The notes below the pieces were generated by a model. It was given only the letters and a program-made list of their open reading frames with translations, did not search any database and was not told the DNA's origin. The position numbers and the translations under genes were made by a program. 64,000 bases of DNA. Origin: a virus (taxonomy: Duplodnaviria > Caudoviricetes). Location of the stretch: the IMG/VR virus record IMGVR_UViG_3300029288_005873, positions 96,001 through 160,000 of that record. One strand, given 5' to 3'. This document shows, one piece after another, positions 27,468 through 36,871 of this stretch (positions are counted from its first letter, which is position 1; each line of letters starts with the position of its first letter).

Positions 27468-28618
27468 TTGTGTTTGCCGCCTTCTGTCAAAATCAGTTTG
27501 CGAATCAAAGCATCAATACGTTCTGGTCTGCTATCGTAGATTGCAAACATCATGCTTTTGACTATCTGCGATTGTGCGCACGCTATTTTGGCAAAATATT
27601 TACGTCTTGCTGTCTCAGTATCAAATAGCATTATGCCAATATTTGACGAGGAATAAAGATTTTCAGCCTCAGTCCTGAATGCCAATGCTTCATTCCGCAC
27701 CGCCACATATTTCCTATAGAACTCTCTGCCACCCTCTACGACCTCGAAATCATAATCATATTCACGCAACTTGGTGACTAGTTCATCCTCGGTAGACACC
27801 CCAGATAGGTCGACAAACTCTACAATCGTCTTGTATTTCATGGAGAACTTCATGCGATGATTTGCCAAATACCAAGCGCTCTTTACCTTCACAAATACCT
27901 GATCACCATTACACCTGGCAACAACCCCCTCTGTTCTCCAATCTTTCACTTCATTAAGCAATTCAATAGGATCCGATGGAAGCTCTTTCAAATCAACAAG
28001 CTTAAGACCTCCATCTACAGCAATCTCAATCACACGCTCCCATGGAATTATGGAAGGACCACAATGTTCTACTCCACCAAGAAACACTAGGTCCTGATTT
28101 TTATACCGAACTACAACCGCATTATCTGGGGCAACATATTCAAGCAAGAGAGAAACGTTAGGCATCCACGACGGATCAAGAAGTCTTGGATATTTCTCTG
28201 CCGCAACTTTATGGAACCTTTCGCCATATGGAACAGCCTGGCTATCGCCCCATTCTCCTCCAAACATAGTTCCACGAGTACGCATGATAACAGAGCCGTT
28301 TACAACACTCCGAATACATAGACTTCCATCTTCTTTGGAAGTCCAACGCACAACACCACTGTTGGCAAGTTCCCCTTTTAAAATGTCCGTATCTGTTCTA
28401 AATTCACCAAAGTTCCCAAATTTCGGCCACGAGCACGACACAATACGACCAGCACCATCAACCATAACAGACCGGAGCCATTTCTCCTCAGCTGTCCAAT
28501 CAAACTTGTTTTTCTTCGGGAACACAAGAAATAAGTCGCCATCGGATATAACTTTGAACTCCGTCCTATCAACAGCGGACAGGTCAAGGAACGCAATACC
28601 TTTCTCAGTTTTCCACAT
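27464..28618 (-). CDS. T4 Rnl1-like RNA ligase
   Basis: SWPKFGN, TSKEDGSL (motif I), LLEYVAPDN, EGVV, VKVKSAWY. Confidence 0.85.
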   Translation of the reverse strand: MWKTEKGIAFLDLSAVDRTEFKVISDGDLFLVFPKKNKFDWTAEEKWLRSVMVDGAGRIVSCSWPKFGNFGEFRTDTDILKGELANSGVVRWTSKEDGSLCIRSVVNGSVIMRTRGTMFGGEWGDSQAVPYGERFHKVAAEKYPRLLDPSWMPNVSLLLEYVAPDNAVVVRYKNQDLVFLGGVEHCGPSIIPWERVIEIAVDGGLKLVDLKELPSDPIELLNEVKDWRTEGVVARCNGDQVFVKVKSAWYLANHRMKFSMKYKTIVEFVDLSGVSTEDELVTKLREYDYDFEVVEGGREFYRKYVAVRNEALAFRTEAENLYSSSNIGIMLFDTETARRKYFAKIACAQSQIVKSMMFAIYDSRPERIDALIRKLILTEGGKHK

Positions 28619-29216
28619 GGTGGTCCTCTCTGACGCAACTGTTTTCGCTTTTGAGTAGCGACGATGTCTTGATTAGACAGTTAAGTTTTTTCTTGTCAAC
28701 TTCTCCGATAACTTTGTCTTTACGTATTGTCTCAAACATAATACTATCATATATATAAGTATGTTTAAGACCAAATACATGACCAAGCTCATGGATAACT
28801 GTTGCTCGGATAAATTCTACTTTCGCAGTGAGTACAAAAATGTCCGACCCAAAACCCCCATGTTCCCATATTGTTGCCCCAAGGCAACTGTCGCGTTTGG
28901 GACACGGGCTCCCTTTTGTTGAGGTTACCGCATCAATTTGCCATTTTCTATGTCGACTATACAGAATATATTTGCCATCATGTCTAAATGTAAATACATC
29001 CTTGGATGTATCTCGCCATGTAGTTTTTAGGCAAAGTCTACCTTCAGATGCGCTTTCCCATTCATGTATGGCTTTGATTATTTCCTTACGCTCAACATCA
29101 GAAAATAGACTGTCGATTTCTAATCGTACGGTCCTGATACATTCGTCAACTGGCAAAGTGGTTCTAGACCCGCCACAGCACACAACCATGGACAAAAGCA
29201 CCAGGATTTTTGGCAT
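28605..29216 (-). CDS. Matrixin/M10-like metzincin, probable lipoprotein
   Basis: HELGHVFGLKH + SIM Met-turn; N-terminal signal with Cys. Confidence 0.85.
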   Translation of the reverse strand: MPKILVLLSMVVCCGGSRTTLPVDECIRTVRLEIDSLFSDVERKEIIKAIHEWESASEGRLCLKTTWRDTSKDVFTFRHDGKYILYSRHRKWQIDAVTSTKGSPCPKRDSCLGATIWEHGGFGSDIFVLTAKVEFIRATVIHELGHVFGLKHTYIYDSIMFETIRKDKVIGEVDKKKLNCLIKTSSLLKSENSCVREDHHVEN

Positions 29217-29227
29217 TTCTATTCCAA

Positions 29228-29554
29228 TCAGTTCATTAGAATGATCACCGAATGGTAGATCATTACCAAAGAGTACATAACCACATAGATCCCCATACCA
29301 ATCTTGGCAAGTCTATGTTTCCATGAGAAAAGAAGTATTACAGTCATAGCAAAATTGGCCAGAAGTTTCGGAAAGATCCACCAAATTCCCAAATGCTTCA
29401 TCAACCATGCTATTAGCGGTTGTCCTTCAGCCCCACCCAAATGACGAATAATGTATTCCGTAGTAACAACATCAGTTACCGCCAACAGAATAGTAACTGA
29501 AGCAAGCACCCAAGCCAGACGACTACGTGTCAATGGCATATGCCTTCCCTCCAT
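29228..29554 (-). CDS. Membrane protein (DUF5658-like)
   Basis: TDVVTT...AEGQPLIAWL; three TM helices. Confidence 0.6.
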   Translation of the reverse strand: MEGRHMPLTRSRLAWVLASVTILLAVTDVVTTEYIIRHLGGAEGQPLIAWLMKHLGIWWIFPKLLANFAMTVILLFSWKHRLAKIGMGIYVVMYSLVMIYHSVIILMN

Positions 29555-29835
29555 CTTTCCTTTGCATGCTCAAAAACTTCAGGAATGTCCGACAAATCTG
29601 TCACCGGAACAATCGGTCTAGCAATCCTGATGCCAATTTCAACACCCATTTCGACATTCTTGTGTAGCGATTCTGGATCATTTTTACCCATGTCATAAAC
29701 TTTGTCGAAAGCATGAAGTAGAAATTCCTCAAGCATCCCAGGCTGTGACAAAATATCGGGATCTCTCCTGACAACTTGTGCGATTGATTCAGCTAGCCCT
29801 TCAAATCTCCATTGATTTTGCGTTGGAATTCTCAT
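29530..29835 (-). CDS. Hypothetical protein
   Basis: 101-aa ORF, ATGA overlap. Confidence 0.5.
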   Translation of the reverse strand: MRIPTQNQWRFEGLAESIAQVVRRDPDILSQPGMLEEFLLHAFDKVYDMGKNDPESLHKNVEMGVEIGIRIARPIVPVTDLSDIPEVFEHAKERWREGICH

Positions 29836-30347
29836 AACTCCCCATATCCGTCATCAAGATCGCGCAAAATTGCAGCGTACTCAAGCATGGCTAAACCTTG
29901 TTCAGGATCTAGTCCAGCGTTTTCTGCGGCATCAGAATACAGAATGCGAAGCTCCTCGACAAGCTCGGCATCAACCAAGGATGAGAGTTCGTCATCATTA
30001 AGTGATTCATCTCTAAAACGCTCACGAAGACGCTCGGAAATATCATCCCTATTAGGAAAGGTAATTGTATCTGTGGCGGCAAGTAGTCTGTTATATTCGT
30101 CCTGGTCCATGCTCCATAAAATACGACATACTTTAAGAGTTCTTCTGATTGCTTCCTTGGTTTCTGGATACATGTCCCACCATATCTGATACGAGGTTAA
30201 ATGATGCATTCTGATCGTAACGCGATCCTGTCGACCATACCTGTGCATCAAGAACCCGTGGAGAAACTCCACGCTTGTCTGCCTCCACCAGGAAGACCTG
30301 TTCAAGTTCTGTATACTTCTTACCTTGAGGTGTTTGACGCGGAGCAT
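29832..30347 (-). CDS. Hypothetical acidic protein (true start probably near 30173-30185)
   Basis: ORF track; N-terminal part overlaps the glycosylase gene. Confidence 0.45.
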   Translation of the reverse strand: MLRVKHLKVRSIQNLNRSSWWRQTSVEFLHGFLMHRYGRQDRVTIRMHHLTSYQIWWDMYPETKEAIRRTLKVCRILWSMDQDEYNRLLAATDTITFPNRDDISERLRERFRDESLNDDELSSLVDAELVEELRILYSDAAENAGLDPEQGLAMLEYAAILRDLDDGYGEL

Positions 30348-30738
30348 TATATCCTAGACCACGTAACCATCTTAGAATATGTACATCCAAAGCAGCAACA
30401 CGAGCATTAGGACGAGTCCATATGATAAAGAATCTAGCAGTCTTTGGACCAATACCATGAATTTTTTCAAGTTCCATTGGGTCCACTATGTGTAGATCCA
30501 TTTCCGCTTTAGCTATGTCCGAAAAAGCCTTTGACACCTTATCATAGTTTCCTGTTCGCGCCTCGCGCAACCTCGTGTTCAAACTGCCATCAGAAATCCA
30601 TGTACGAAGCTTTGTAAATGGAAGGTCATCTCCCAAACCAGAGAACAGTCTAACCATTGCTTGTTCGGCAAATTTTGCTGACTTCCCTGCTACAATCACA
30701 GCATACAAGAGGCGGAGTTGAAGTTCTTTATCGCTCAT
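30133..30738 (-). CDS. HhH-GPD 8-oxoguanine glycosylase-like protein (Ogg type)
   Basis: IHGIGPKTARFF, AALDVHILRWL, KKYTELE, LDAQVW. Confidence 0.85.
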   Translation of the reverse strand: MSDKELQLRLLYAVIVAGKSAKFAEQAMVRLFSGLGDDLPFTKLRTWISDGSLNTRLREARTGNYDKVSKAFSDIAKAEMDLHIVDPMELEKIHGIGPKTARFFIIWTRPNARVAALDVHILRWLRGLGYNAPRQTPQGKKYTELEQVFLVEADKRGVSPRVLDAQVWSTGSRYDQNASFNLVSDMVGHVSRNQGSNQKNS

Positions 30739-31014
30739 TTACTTACTCAATAGATAGCCGATATCATCGGGCGAATGATCACCAATAATTTGGATCCATC
30801 CTTCACATTTTTGTTTCTGAGTCGGTTCCCAAAGGACTCGGTAGAACGTCGCATCTGCGAATTCTATGGTGAATTCAACTACACCTTTTGTATTAGCAGT
30901 TACCGTTTCTCGAAGCCCTCTAATATAACATGGACCCATGTCTGCGCGATCATTAGGACATAGTCTAAATCGTGGCGCGGAATCAAACGATAAGCAGTTA
31001 ATCTTCATTGTCAT
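30739..31014 (-). CDS. Hypothetical protein
   Basis: C-terminal part of ORF 30739..31086; likely start overlaps the upstream small gene. Confidence 0.4.
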   Translation of the reverse strand: MTMKINCLSFDSAPRFRLCPNDRADMGPCYIRGLRETVTANTKGVVEFTIEFADATFYRVLWEPTQKQKCEGWIQIIGDHSPDDIGYLLSK

Positions 31015-31162
31015 CCTGGCGCGAAATGTTCGCTTTAATCTTAGCCATCTCTTGCTCATGCGCAAACTTCTGTAGTTGTCGCGCATCTAGGAACTCAAGC
31101 AAACCACCAACAAAGACAAGGATTAAGATAAACATTATCCACATGATGAATCCAAAATTCAT
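30998..31162 (-). CDS. Small single-pass membrane protein (54 aa, not in ORF track)
   Basis: MNFGFIMWIMFILILVFVGGLLEFLDARQLQKFAHEQEMAK...; GGAG RBS. Confidence 0.55.
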   Translation of the reverse strand: MNFGFIMWIMFILILVFVGGLLEFLDARQLQKFAHEQEMAKIKANISRQDDNED

Positions 31163-31183
31163 AGTCTGTCTCCAGTTTAATAG

Positions 31184-31903
31184 TTAATAGCATTCTGGGA
31201 ATGCGTAGAATCCAGACAAAACATCTCCTTCGATGCCAAGATATACGCGTCTATTTCCACATGAGCACCTGTGGTCACCTACGGTCCACATATTACATTC
31301 CGAGCATCCGTTTAGATTAAGAACTGTCCCATCTGGGAAGTTCTCAGAGATCCATTTCTCTCGAGCCTTTTCATCGACTGCCGCAAGGAACGTATCCATT
31401 GAATCAAACGATGAGGCAGATAGCCCAAACTCTGGAGCCATAGAGACAAGCTTTAGTCTTAGAGTCTCAGAACCCTTCTCGCATTTTTCCAAATACGCTT
31501 TGCGATCTCTATATTTCTTTACGACATCGGTTAGCGTATATGGAGAAAATCCAACAATTTGGTATGGGGAAAATTGCTTTCCATCAATCAGTAAAGTCTG
31601 GTTTTCCCACACATTACCACTTGATGGAAAATATGTTGGCTTTCCGAGCATTTCCATCACTTTCTTAAGCGAACTCTTGTTTTTGTAACCCTTTGCTACA
31701 AAGAAGGCTGTCCATGCTCGCTCAACATCATTGTTATGAGTCCAGGTCGCCTTGTTGACTTCATCAACAGCCTTGCTTTGGGCTTCCCATCCTGCTACCA
31801 TTTCATCTGTCCAAGAATCACAAACTGTTTGAAGATTGATTGAACATCTATACTCGAAACTCCTAAACTCAAGATCTGGGGGGAGCCGAACGCCTTTTGT
31901 CAT
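31184..31903 (-). CDS. Hypothetical phage protein with C-terminal zinc ribbon
   Basis: CSEC..W...HRCSCGNRRV. Confidence 0.6.
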   Translation of the reverse strand: MTKGVRLPPDLEFRSFEYRCSINLQTVCDSWTDEMVAGWEAQSKAVDEVNKATWTHNNDVERAWTAFFVAKGYKNKSSLKKVMEMLGKPTYFPSSGNVWENQTLLIDGKQFSPYQIVGFSPYTLTDVVKKYRDRKAYLEKCEKGSETLRLKLVSMAPEFGLSASSFDSMDTFLAAVDEKAREKWISENFPDGTVLNLNGCSECNMWTVGDHRCSCGNRRVYLGIEGDVLSGFYAFPECY

Positions 31904-31932
31904 TTTTCACCACCGTTTTCCAATAATACAAT

Positions 31933-32511
31933 CTAATTCTTCACAACTGTTAGGGATTTGTGACTGCCATTCCCCCATAGGAACTTGAATCGTTCGCGGA
32001 TAGTATCGCCACATTCGCAACCGTCCGACTCATGGAAACTATAAGCTTCGTCAACCATGTCGATCCTGGCCACCATATGGAAACCTTCATTGATATCAGG
32101 AGGTTCAAGCTGGTTACACATTCTGGTAATTACATCATCTGGAACTTGACGATGCTCATTACGCGCAGCATTTCTACTAAGACAGACTGTTTTTTTCGCA
32201 TAACAATATACGGCAACAGTCTGAAATCCAGCCTTAACAGCACGAACCAAATACTTACGTCGTCTCTTTGCCGCAACATTCGTAGCATCAAAAACTACAA
32301 GATTATCATCTTGCTTGTCGGTAAGCGCAGCTTCGAACCTTTCGTCGGCATCCCGCCATGCGGCAGATGCTGCTCTCGGAGTCCAAGGATGGTCTTTTGT
32401 GTAGCCAATCCTATCGTCAGGGCAAATAACCTTGGCATCATAGAATGCCTTTTGACGCAGCCAGGTTTTTCCTGCCCCAGGGAGCCCAACCATCATAATG
32501 AAGATTCTCAT
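31933..32511 (-). CDS. P-loop polynucleotide-kinase-like protein (AAA_33 / PseT kinase domain)
   Basis: MVGLPGAGKT, VFDATN, RNAAR..RQVP..VI..M..LEPP..EGF. Confidence 0.85.
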   Translation of the reverse strand: MRIFIMMVGLPGAGKTWLRQKAFYDAKVICPDDRIGYTKDHPWTPRAASAAWRDADERFEAALTDKQDDNLVVFDATNVAAKRRRKYLVRAVKAGFQTVAVYCYAKKTVCLSRNAARNEHRQVPDDVITRMCNQLEPPDINEGFHMVARIDMVDEAYSFHESDGCECGDTIRERFKFLWGNGSHKSLTVVKN

Positions 32512-32533
32512 CTTTTGTCCTTTTTTGCGTGGA

Positions 32534-32574
32534 AAACATCCGCGGAATTTTTTCGCTGCATCAACGCGCGATCC
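32534..32574. repeat. Conserved intergenic element, copy 2
   Basis: 31 bp identical to 7479-7509, followed by CGCGCGATCC. Confidence 0.9.
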
Positions 32575-34047
32575 TTACCATGACGAGAAGGCATCCAATA
32601 TTTGTTTTTCCGCAACCTTGTTCCCCTGGGTTAGGTCTAGGTTAACCTTTTCTTCATTATTACAAAATGATGAAGGTCCAATCTGACGTTCTACTAGGTC
32701 AACATACATGCTAAAAGCACCTTCTTTTTTCTCCAGGAGCCAATCTGGAATTCCAGATTTCTTTAGCTGTTTGGAGAATGTCTTAGCCAATGTCGTATCG
32801 ATCGATATACGTGGACACTCATCAGCCTTCTGAAGTTCTGACAAAGTCTTAATCCAGTCATCACTCTTGATAGGATTTGCCATTCCTCCGCGACCAGCTA
32901 ACTTGTGCCCAAGCAAAACAACATGGATACCATGGTTGAAGGCTGACCTGAGGAATCCTTTGAAATCCCCCATCCAATCACCAATCATAACGTGATGTAC
33001 AGTCGGCTGTGGAACAAGTTTCTCAAGCTCGTGCCTAAATCCGTTTGCGTTTAGCACAGCTGCAAATTCTTCAATAGATTGTCCAGGCTCGTCTACAGAA
33101 TATGCAAATGCACCAGTAGACTCAAGTATGGGGTGCCACTTCGTTGGATCCTTTAGCCACGACAGATCTCGTGTTGAAAAACTTGGCACGACCCCATGCC
33201 TACGAAACTCGCGCAAGATATCAGCAAAGTCAGGATGTGACGTCGGCTCACCTCCTCCAATTGCGACTTCAAATACGCGCAAACTACCAAGAATACTAGA
33301 AATATGATAACCATAATGCCGCCATTCAGCATGCTGTCCACCAGGTCCTGAATTTTGGTAACAGAAACTACATTTGCGCGGGCAGTAGTTTGTGATTTTG
33401 ATATCCACAAGTTCTGGAGCAAAAGTCTTCGTCGGCACAACTTTCCCATCTGGTGCTGATCCATATGTTGATTTGGACACCTCTTCACCACGTTTTGGGA
33501 ACCTGAAACGCATCTTAGCTCCCGTTTTTCGGCTAAAAATTGTCCAAAATCCAGACGGATCCTTTCGCGCAACAAGGTGATCGTATCCAGCATCCTGGTT
33601 CATAGCTAAGCTGAAACCTTCTGCTTTCGACAATAAAGGATGGCATTCTTCGGAGTTATCATTTCCTCCAAGAATAACCAGCCCATCCTGGAGAAGGAAA
33701 TCTCTAAATTCCTTGGCAAATTCTAGATCTAATCCATTGCCTTCCCAAGATACTGGAAGATCGTATGCAGATTGATGGTCTATATAGGAATTTTCACCAG
33801 GAGCTTTGTGACCAAGAAGATCGGACACAATCAACCTAGCAGTATGCTCATCGCACATCCTGCTCAAAGCCATCATAACAAGAACGCCGAAATATTCCCC
33901 CTTTGCCTCTTTCGAGGCAGCGGTAAACCTTTGCCATCCAAAATCACCATCTTCAATATCGCGATCGCGCTGACCATCCAGGAAGACCATGGAATGCTGC
34001 GAACTACTATTTGTGGCAAAGCCTAGGCGCACATTGTGAATCTGCAT
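32575..34047 (-). CDS. Radical SAM protein fused to an N-terminal TNSSS-motif domain
   Basis: RLGFATNSSS, YIDHQS; CPRKCSFC; IGGGEPT. Confidence 0.85.
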   Translation of the reverse strand: MQIHNVRLGFATNSSSQHSMVFLDGQRDRDIEDGDFGWQRFTAASKEAKGEYFGVLVMMALSRMCDEHTARLIVSDLLGHKAPGENSYIDHQSAYDLPVSWEGNGLDLEFAKEFRDFLLQDGLVILGGNDNSEECHPLLSKAEGFSLAMNQDAGYDHLVARKDPSGFWTIFSRKTGAKMRFRFPKRGEEVSKSTYGSAPDGKVVPTKTFAPELVDIKITNYCPRKCSFCYQNSGPGGQHAEWRHYGYHISSILGSLRVFEVAIGGGEPTSHPDFADILREFRRHGVVPSFSTRDLSWLKDPTKWHPILESTGAFAYSVDEPGQSIEEFAAVLNANGFRHELEKLVPQPTVHHVMIGDWMGDFKGFLRSAFNHGIHVVLLGHKLAGRGGMANPIKSDDWIKTLSELQKADECPRISIDTTLAKTFSKQLKKSGIPDWLLEKKEGAFSMYVDLVERQIGPSSFCNNEEKVNLDLTQGNKVAEKQILDAFSSW

Positions 34048-34060
34048 AATATTCTCCTAT

Positions 34061-34504
34061 CTAACAAAACAGAAGCCATGCGATGTATCCAATAAATCCA
34101 CCAACCATTACAGGTACAACAATGATTGTAGCAAAAACCAAAGCAAGTATGCCAAACTTATGGATCCATCTCATATCCTGGACCACCTGACTGTCTGAAC
34201 CATATAGTTCAAGAATATATTTCTTATGTTCGCGTCTTTTCCTTATCTTTTCACCCAGTTCAGGAATTCCAATCAGGGCACGAATAAGGAGAATAGAAAT
34301 AAGTGATACCATTGATCCAACAGCAAGCGCCTTAATACCAAGCTCCGTATGTCCCCAAAAACCAACATGAGCAACACAGCCGTTTTCAGCAAGGAGCTTG
34401 TGTGCAAAAATCGCGACACAACATATGGCTAATGGGACAAACAACACAAGGCAAAACTTCCCTTTTGGTTTAAGATCGCTCCAAAGCTCTCCAATAACTC
34501 CCAT
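34061..34504 (-). CDS. Membrane protein
   Basis: Three hydrophobic segments; AAGGAG RBS. Confidence 0.6.
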   Translation of the reverse strand: MGVIGELWSDLKPKGKFCLVLFVPLAICCVAIFAHKLLAENGCVAHVGFWGHTELGIKALAVGSMVSLISILLIRALIGIPELGEKIRKRREHKKYILELYGSDSQVVQDMRWIHKFGILALVFATIIVVPVMVGGFIGYIAWLLFC

Positions 34505-34578
34505 ACCTATTCTCCTTCTTTGAAATCATATACCGTTATATCCAAACTGCCATCTTTTTCTTCACAAAATAGAATTAA

Positions 34579-34606
34579 TCTATCAATTTTCTTGTATAAA
34601 AATATG
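34579..34606 (+). promoter_or_regulatory. Conserved putative phage promoter motif (copy 2)
   Basis: TCTATCAAT-TTTC-TTGTAT-AAAAAT-ATG; same spacing to ATG as copy 1. Confidence 0.55.
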
Positions 34607-35440
34607 TTAACTCTCACAGGAATTTTACAAATCTCTGGAGTTTATTGTATCGAATTTATACCCACTGGGCGAAAATATATTGGAAGCTCCCATAAGGTAT
34701 TAACACGATTGCGTTCACATAAAAGTCTATTAGCACGCGGCAATCATCCAAATCCTATTTTACAAGCCTATTACAACAAGTATGGAGCATCTTCATTTTC
34801 CGTAAGTGTAATTGAAGAGGTTTGCGATATTAATCAACTTCTAACAAGAGAACAATATTGGATCAATATATTGAATACTGTAGCAGCTGGTTTTAATATT
34901 TTGCCAGAAACAGGCAGTTCTCGCGGATGGAAGGCTACAGAAGAACAAAAAAAACGAAGAAGCGAACGGGTACGAGGTCCCAATAATCCATTTTATGGAC
35001 ATAGACATACTAAAGAATGTCGTAAACACTTCAGTACCATTCGTAAGGGAAAACGGACAGGATCAGATAATTCTTTCTATGGCAAAAAACATACAGCAGA
35101 AACGCGAGCAAAAATTAGTTCAGCCGCTTCGCAGAGGGAAACAAACCCATTCAAGGGGCGCAGTTGGACAGAACCCGAACTTGCTAATGGGTTGAAAGAA
35201 ATGAAACAGAAATTATCTGCCAAATTTTCTGGGGAAGGAAACCCCTTTTATGGTAAAACGCATGATAGAACAAAAATTGGAAAACTATTTCGTATAACGG
35301 ATCCAGAAGGTAATTCCACAATTGTCAGAAATCTACGCTTATGGTGCGAAACACACAATCGTAGATTTGAAGTTATGCGCAGCAGTCACTGCTTCAAAAG
35401 ACCAACTCCAGATGGTTGGACAGTAGAGCTAATCGATTAA
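34604..35440 (+). CDS. GIY-YIG homing endonuclease with NUMOD3 repeats
   Basis: SGVYCI..KYIGSS, R..H, REQYWI, GFN; repeated NPFYGH/NSFYGKKH/NPFYGKTH. Confidence 0.92.
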   Translation: MLTLTGILQISGVYCIEFIPTGRKYIGSSHKVLTRLRSHKSLLARGNHPNPILQAYYNKYGASSFSVSVIEEVCDINQLLTREQYWINILNTVAAGFNILPETGSSRGWKATEEQKKRRSERVRGPNNPFYGHRHTKECRKHFSTIRKGKRTGSDNSFYGKKHTAETRAKISSAASQRETNPFKGRSWTEPELANGLKEMKQKLSAKFSGEGNPFYGKTHDRTKIGKLFRITDPEGNSTIVRNLRLWCETHNRRFEVMRSSHCFKRPTPDGWTVELID

Positions 35441-35917
35441 AACATCTGGTAAATCATAAACTATTACAGCAATTTCTCCTACAGTGTCTGTAATAATTGG
35501 TTCGATATTATCCCAAATCATTCCTCCAAGACCGCAACAAATTCTTGGCATATGAATACTTGCTTCCAACTCTTTAGCTTTTTTTGCCACTTTCGATAGA
35601 CACATACGTAGTGCAGGATATTGGACAGCTGGATGACCGGCATATGAATAGCCATGTTGTGCTATCATATTTGCGACAATTATATCATCGCATATCGTGA
35701 CAAATTGTACCATTCCAAGAGCAAAGTTTTCACCCCTTGAGTGCCAATCATGATAGGCAAGTTTCACTCCATACCACTTCTTGGCTATTGCTCCTGCTAC
35801 ACCACTTCCGAAACCGTTGACATCATTACAAACATGTGCTACGATTTTAAGACCTTCACCCTGAGGACTTGTTACATCACCAGTGATGAACTTTATTGTC
35901 CTTGCTTCTTCAGCCAT
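35429..35917 (-). CDS. Macrodomain ADP-ribose hydrolase (TARG1/DarG-like)
   Basis: FITGDV, AHVCND..GFGSGVA, ANMIAQ, MPRICCGLGG..W. Confidence 0.9.
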   Translation of the reverse strand: MAEEARTIKFITGDVTSPQGEGLKIVAHVCNDVNGFGSGVAGAIAKKWYGVKLAYHDWHSRGENFALGMVQFVTICDDIIVANMIAQHGYSYAGHPAVQYPALRMCLSKVAKKAKELEASIHMPRICCGLGGMIWDNIEPIITDTVGEIAVIVYDLPDVLID

Positions 35918-36215
35918 TGTTCTTCTCTCTTTCCCTCTGTAGATCCCGAAGCGCATGTTTTAGATCTCGGCTGCGGTTTTCTTTATCATATTCCGCAAGC
36001 ATTCTACCAAGTGCAAACTGTCGACTTTTAGTCGGCTTCACAAGGATATTGTTTACAGATAACGTAAATCCTGTCTGAGTACGACAAACAACAAATGTAC
36101 TTGTGCCCATCTTAAGCACCCAGTCGCCACCTTTCGAATTCCAATTCCAAAAGTTAGTTCTTAGAAGCTCATCTGCTATTTTGTCGGCAACAGTCATTCC
36201 ATCTCCTTGCGGCAC
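35910..36215 (-). CDS. Hypothetical protein
   Basis: ORF overlapping neighbours. Confidence 0.5.
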   Translation of the reverse strand: MPQGDGMTVADKIADELLRTNFWNWNSKGGDWVLKMGTSTFVVCRTQTGFTLSVNNILVKPTKSRQFALGRMLAEYDKENRSRDLKHALRDLQREREKNNG

Positions 36216-36871
36216 ACATATATATCCGTTCGCCCATCTGTGCGTCTTTCAACATCGAAATGAGGCTCCAATATGCTCATAAAACCTTCGGGAGAGATCC
36301 AAGAGAACGATGTCTGATGTGGGGCAAATCCTTCACGCATTTGTACGTGGTGTACCATATTGTTTGTTGAGTAGAATACTTCATATTCATTATGATCCCC
36401 CATATCTCTTGTGCGGAGAACGGGTATTGTAGGAGGTAAAGTATTGAATGTATTGAAAACAAACACACCACCTAGGGTCATGTTGTGTTTTACATCTATG
36501 GCATTATATTTTGTCAGCCAGTAGTTAATAGCTTGTTGACAAAATATTGCCGCAAAAAGAGGAGGATGCGCTTGCCAAAAACGTTCCTGTAACATATTCT
36601 CTACACGACCTATTCTAATATCTATTCCATATTTACCAAGCTCGTATATGTCTGACATATTACTATCAGCATCAACCATTCTTACCATAGCCCCACGTTT
36701 CCTAGCGGCTATAGACAGCCTACCATTACCACCACAAAGGTCTAGTACAGGAAGGTTAAGCCATGTGGAAGGTTCAATTCCAGCAGCATCCAGAAGTACA
36801 TTTGGATCGCTACGCAAATATGAACCATATAGAGCTTCATATACACTTTTGCTACAGTATTTCATTTCCAT
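36194..36871 (-). CDS. Class I SAM-dependent methyltransferase
   Basis: VLDLCGGNGRL, VDAD, GGVFVFN. Confidence 0.8.
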   Translation of the reverse strand: MEMKYCSKSVYEALYGSYLRSDPNVLLDAAGIEPSTWLNLPVLDLCGGNGRLSIAARKRGAMVRMVDADSNMSDIYELGKYGIDIRIGRVENMLQERFWQAHPPLFAAIFCQQAINYWLTKYNAIDVKHNMTLGGVFVFNTFNTLPPTIPVLRTRDMGDHNEYEVFYSTNNMVHHVQMREGFAPHQTSFSWISPEGFMSILEPHFDVERRTDGRTDIYVCRKEME

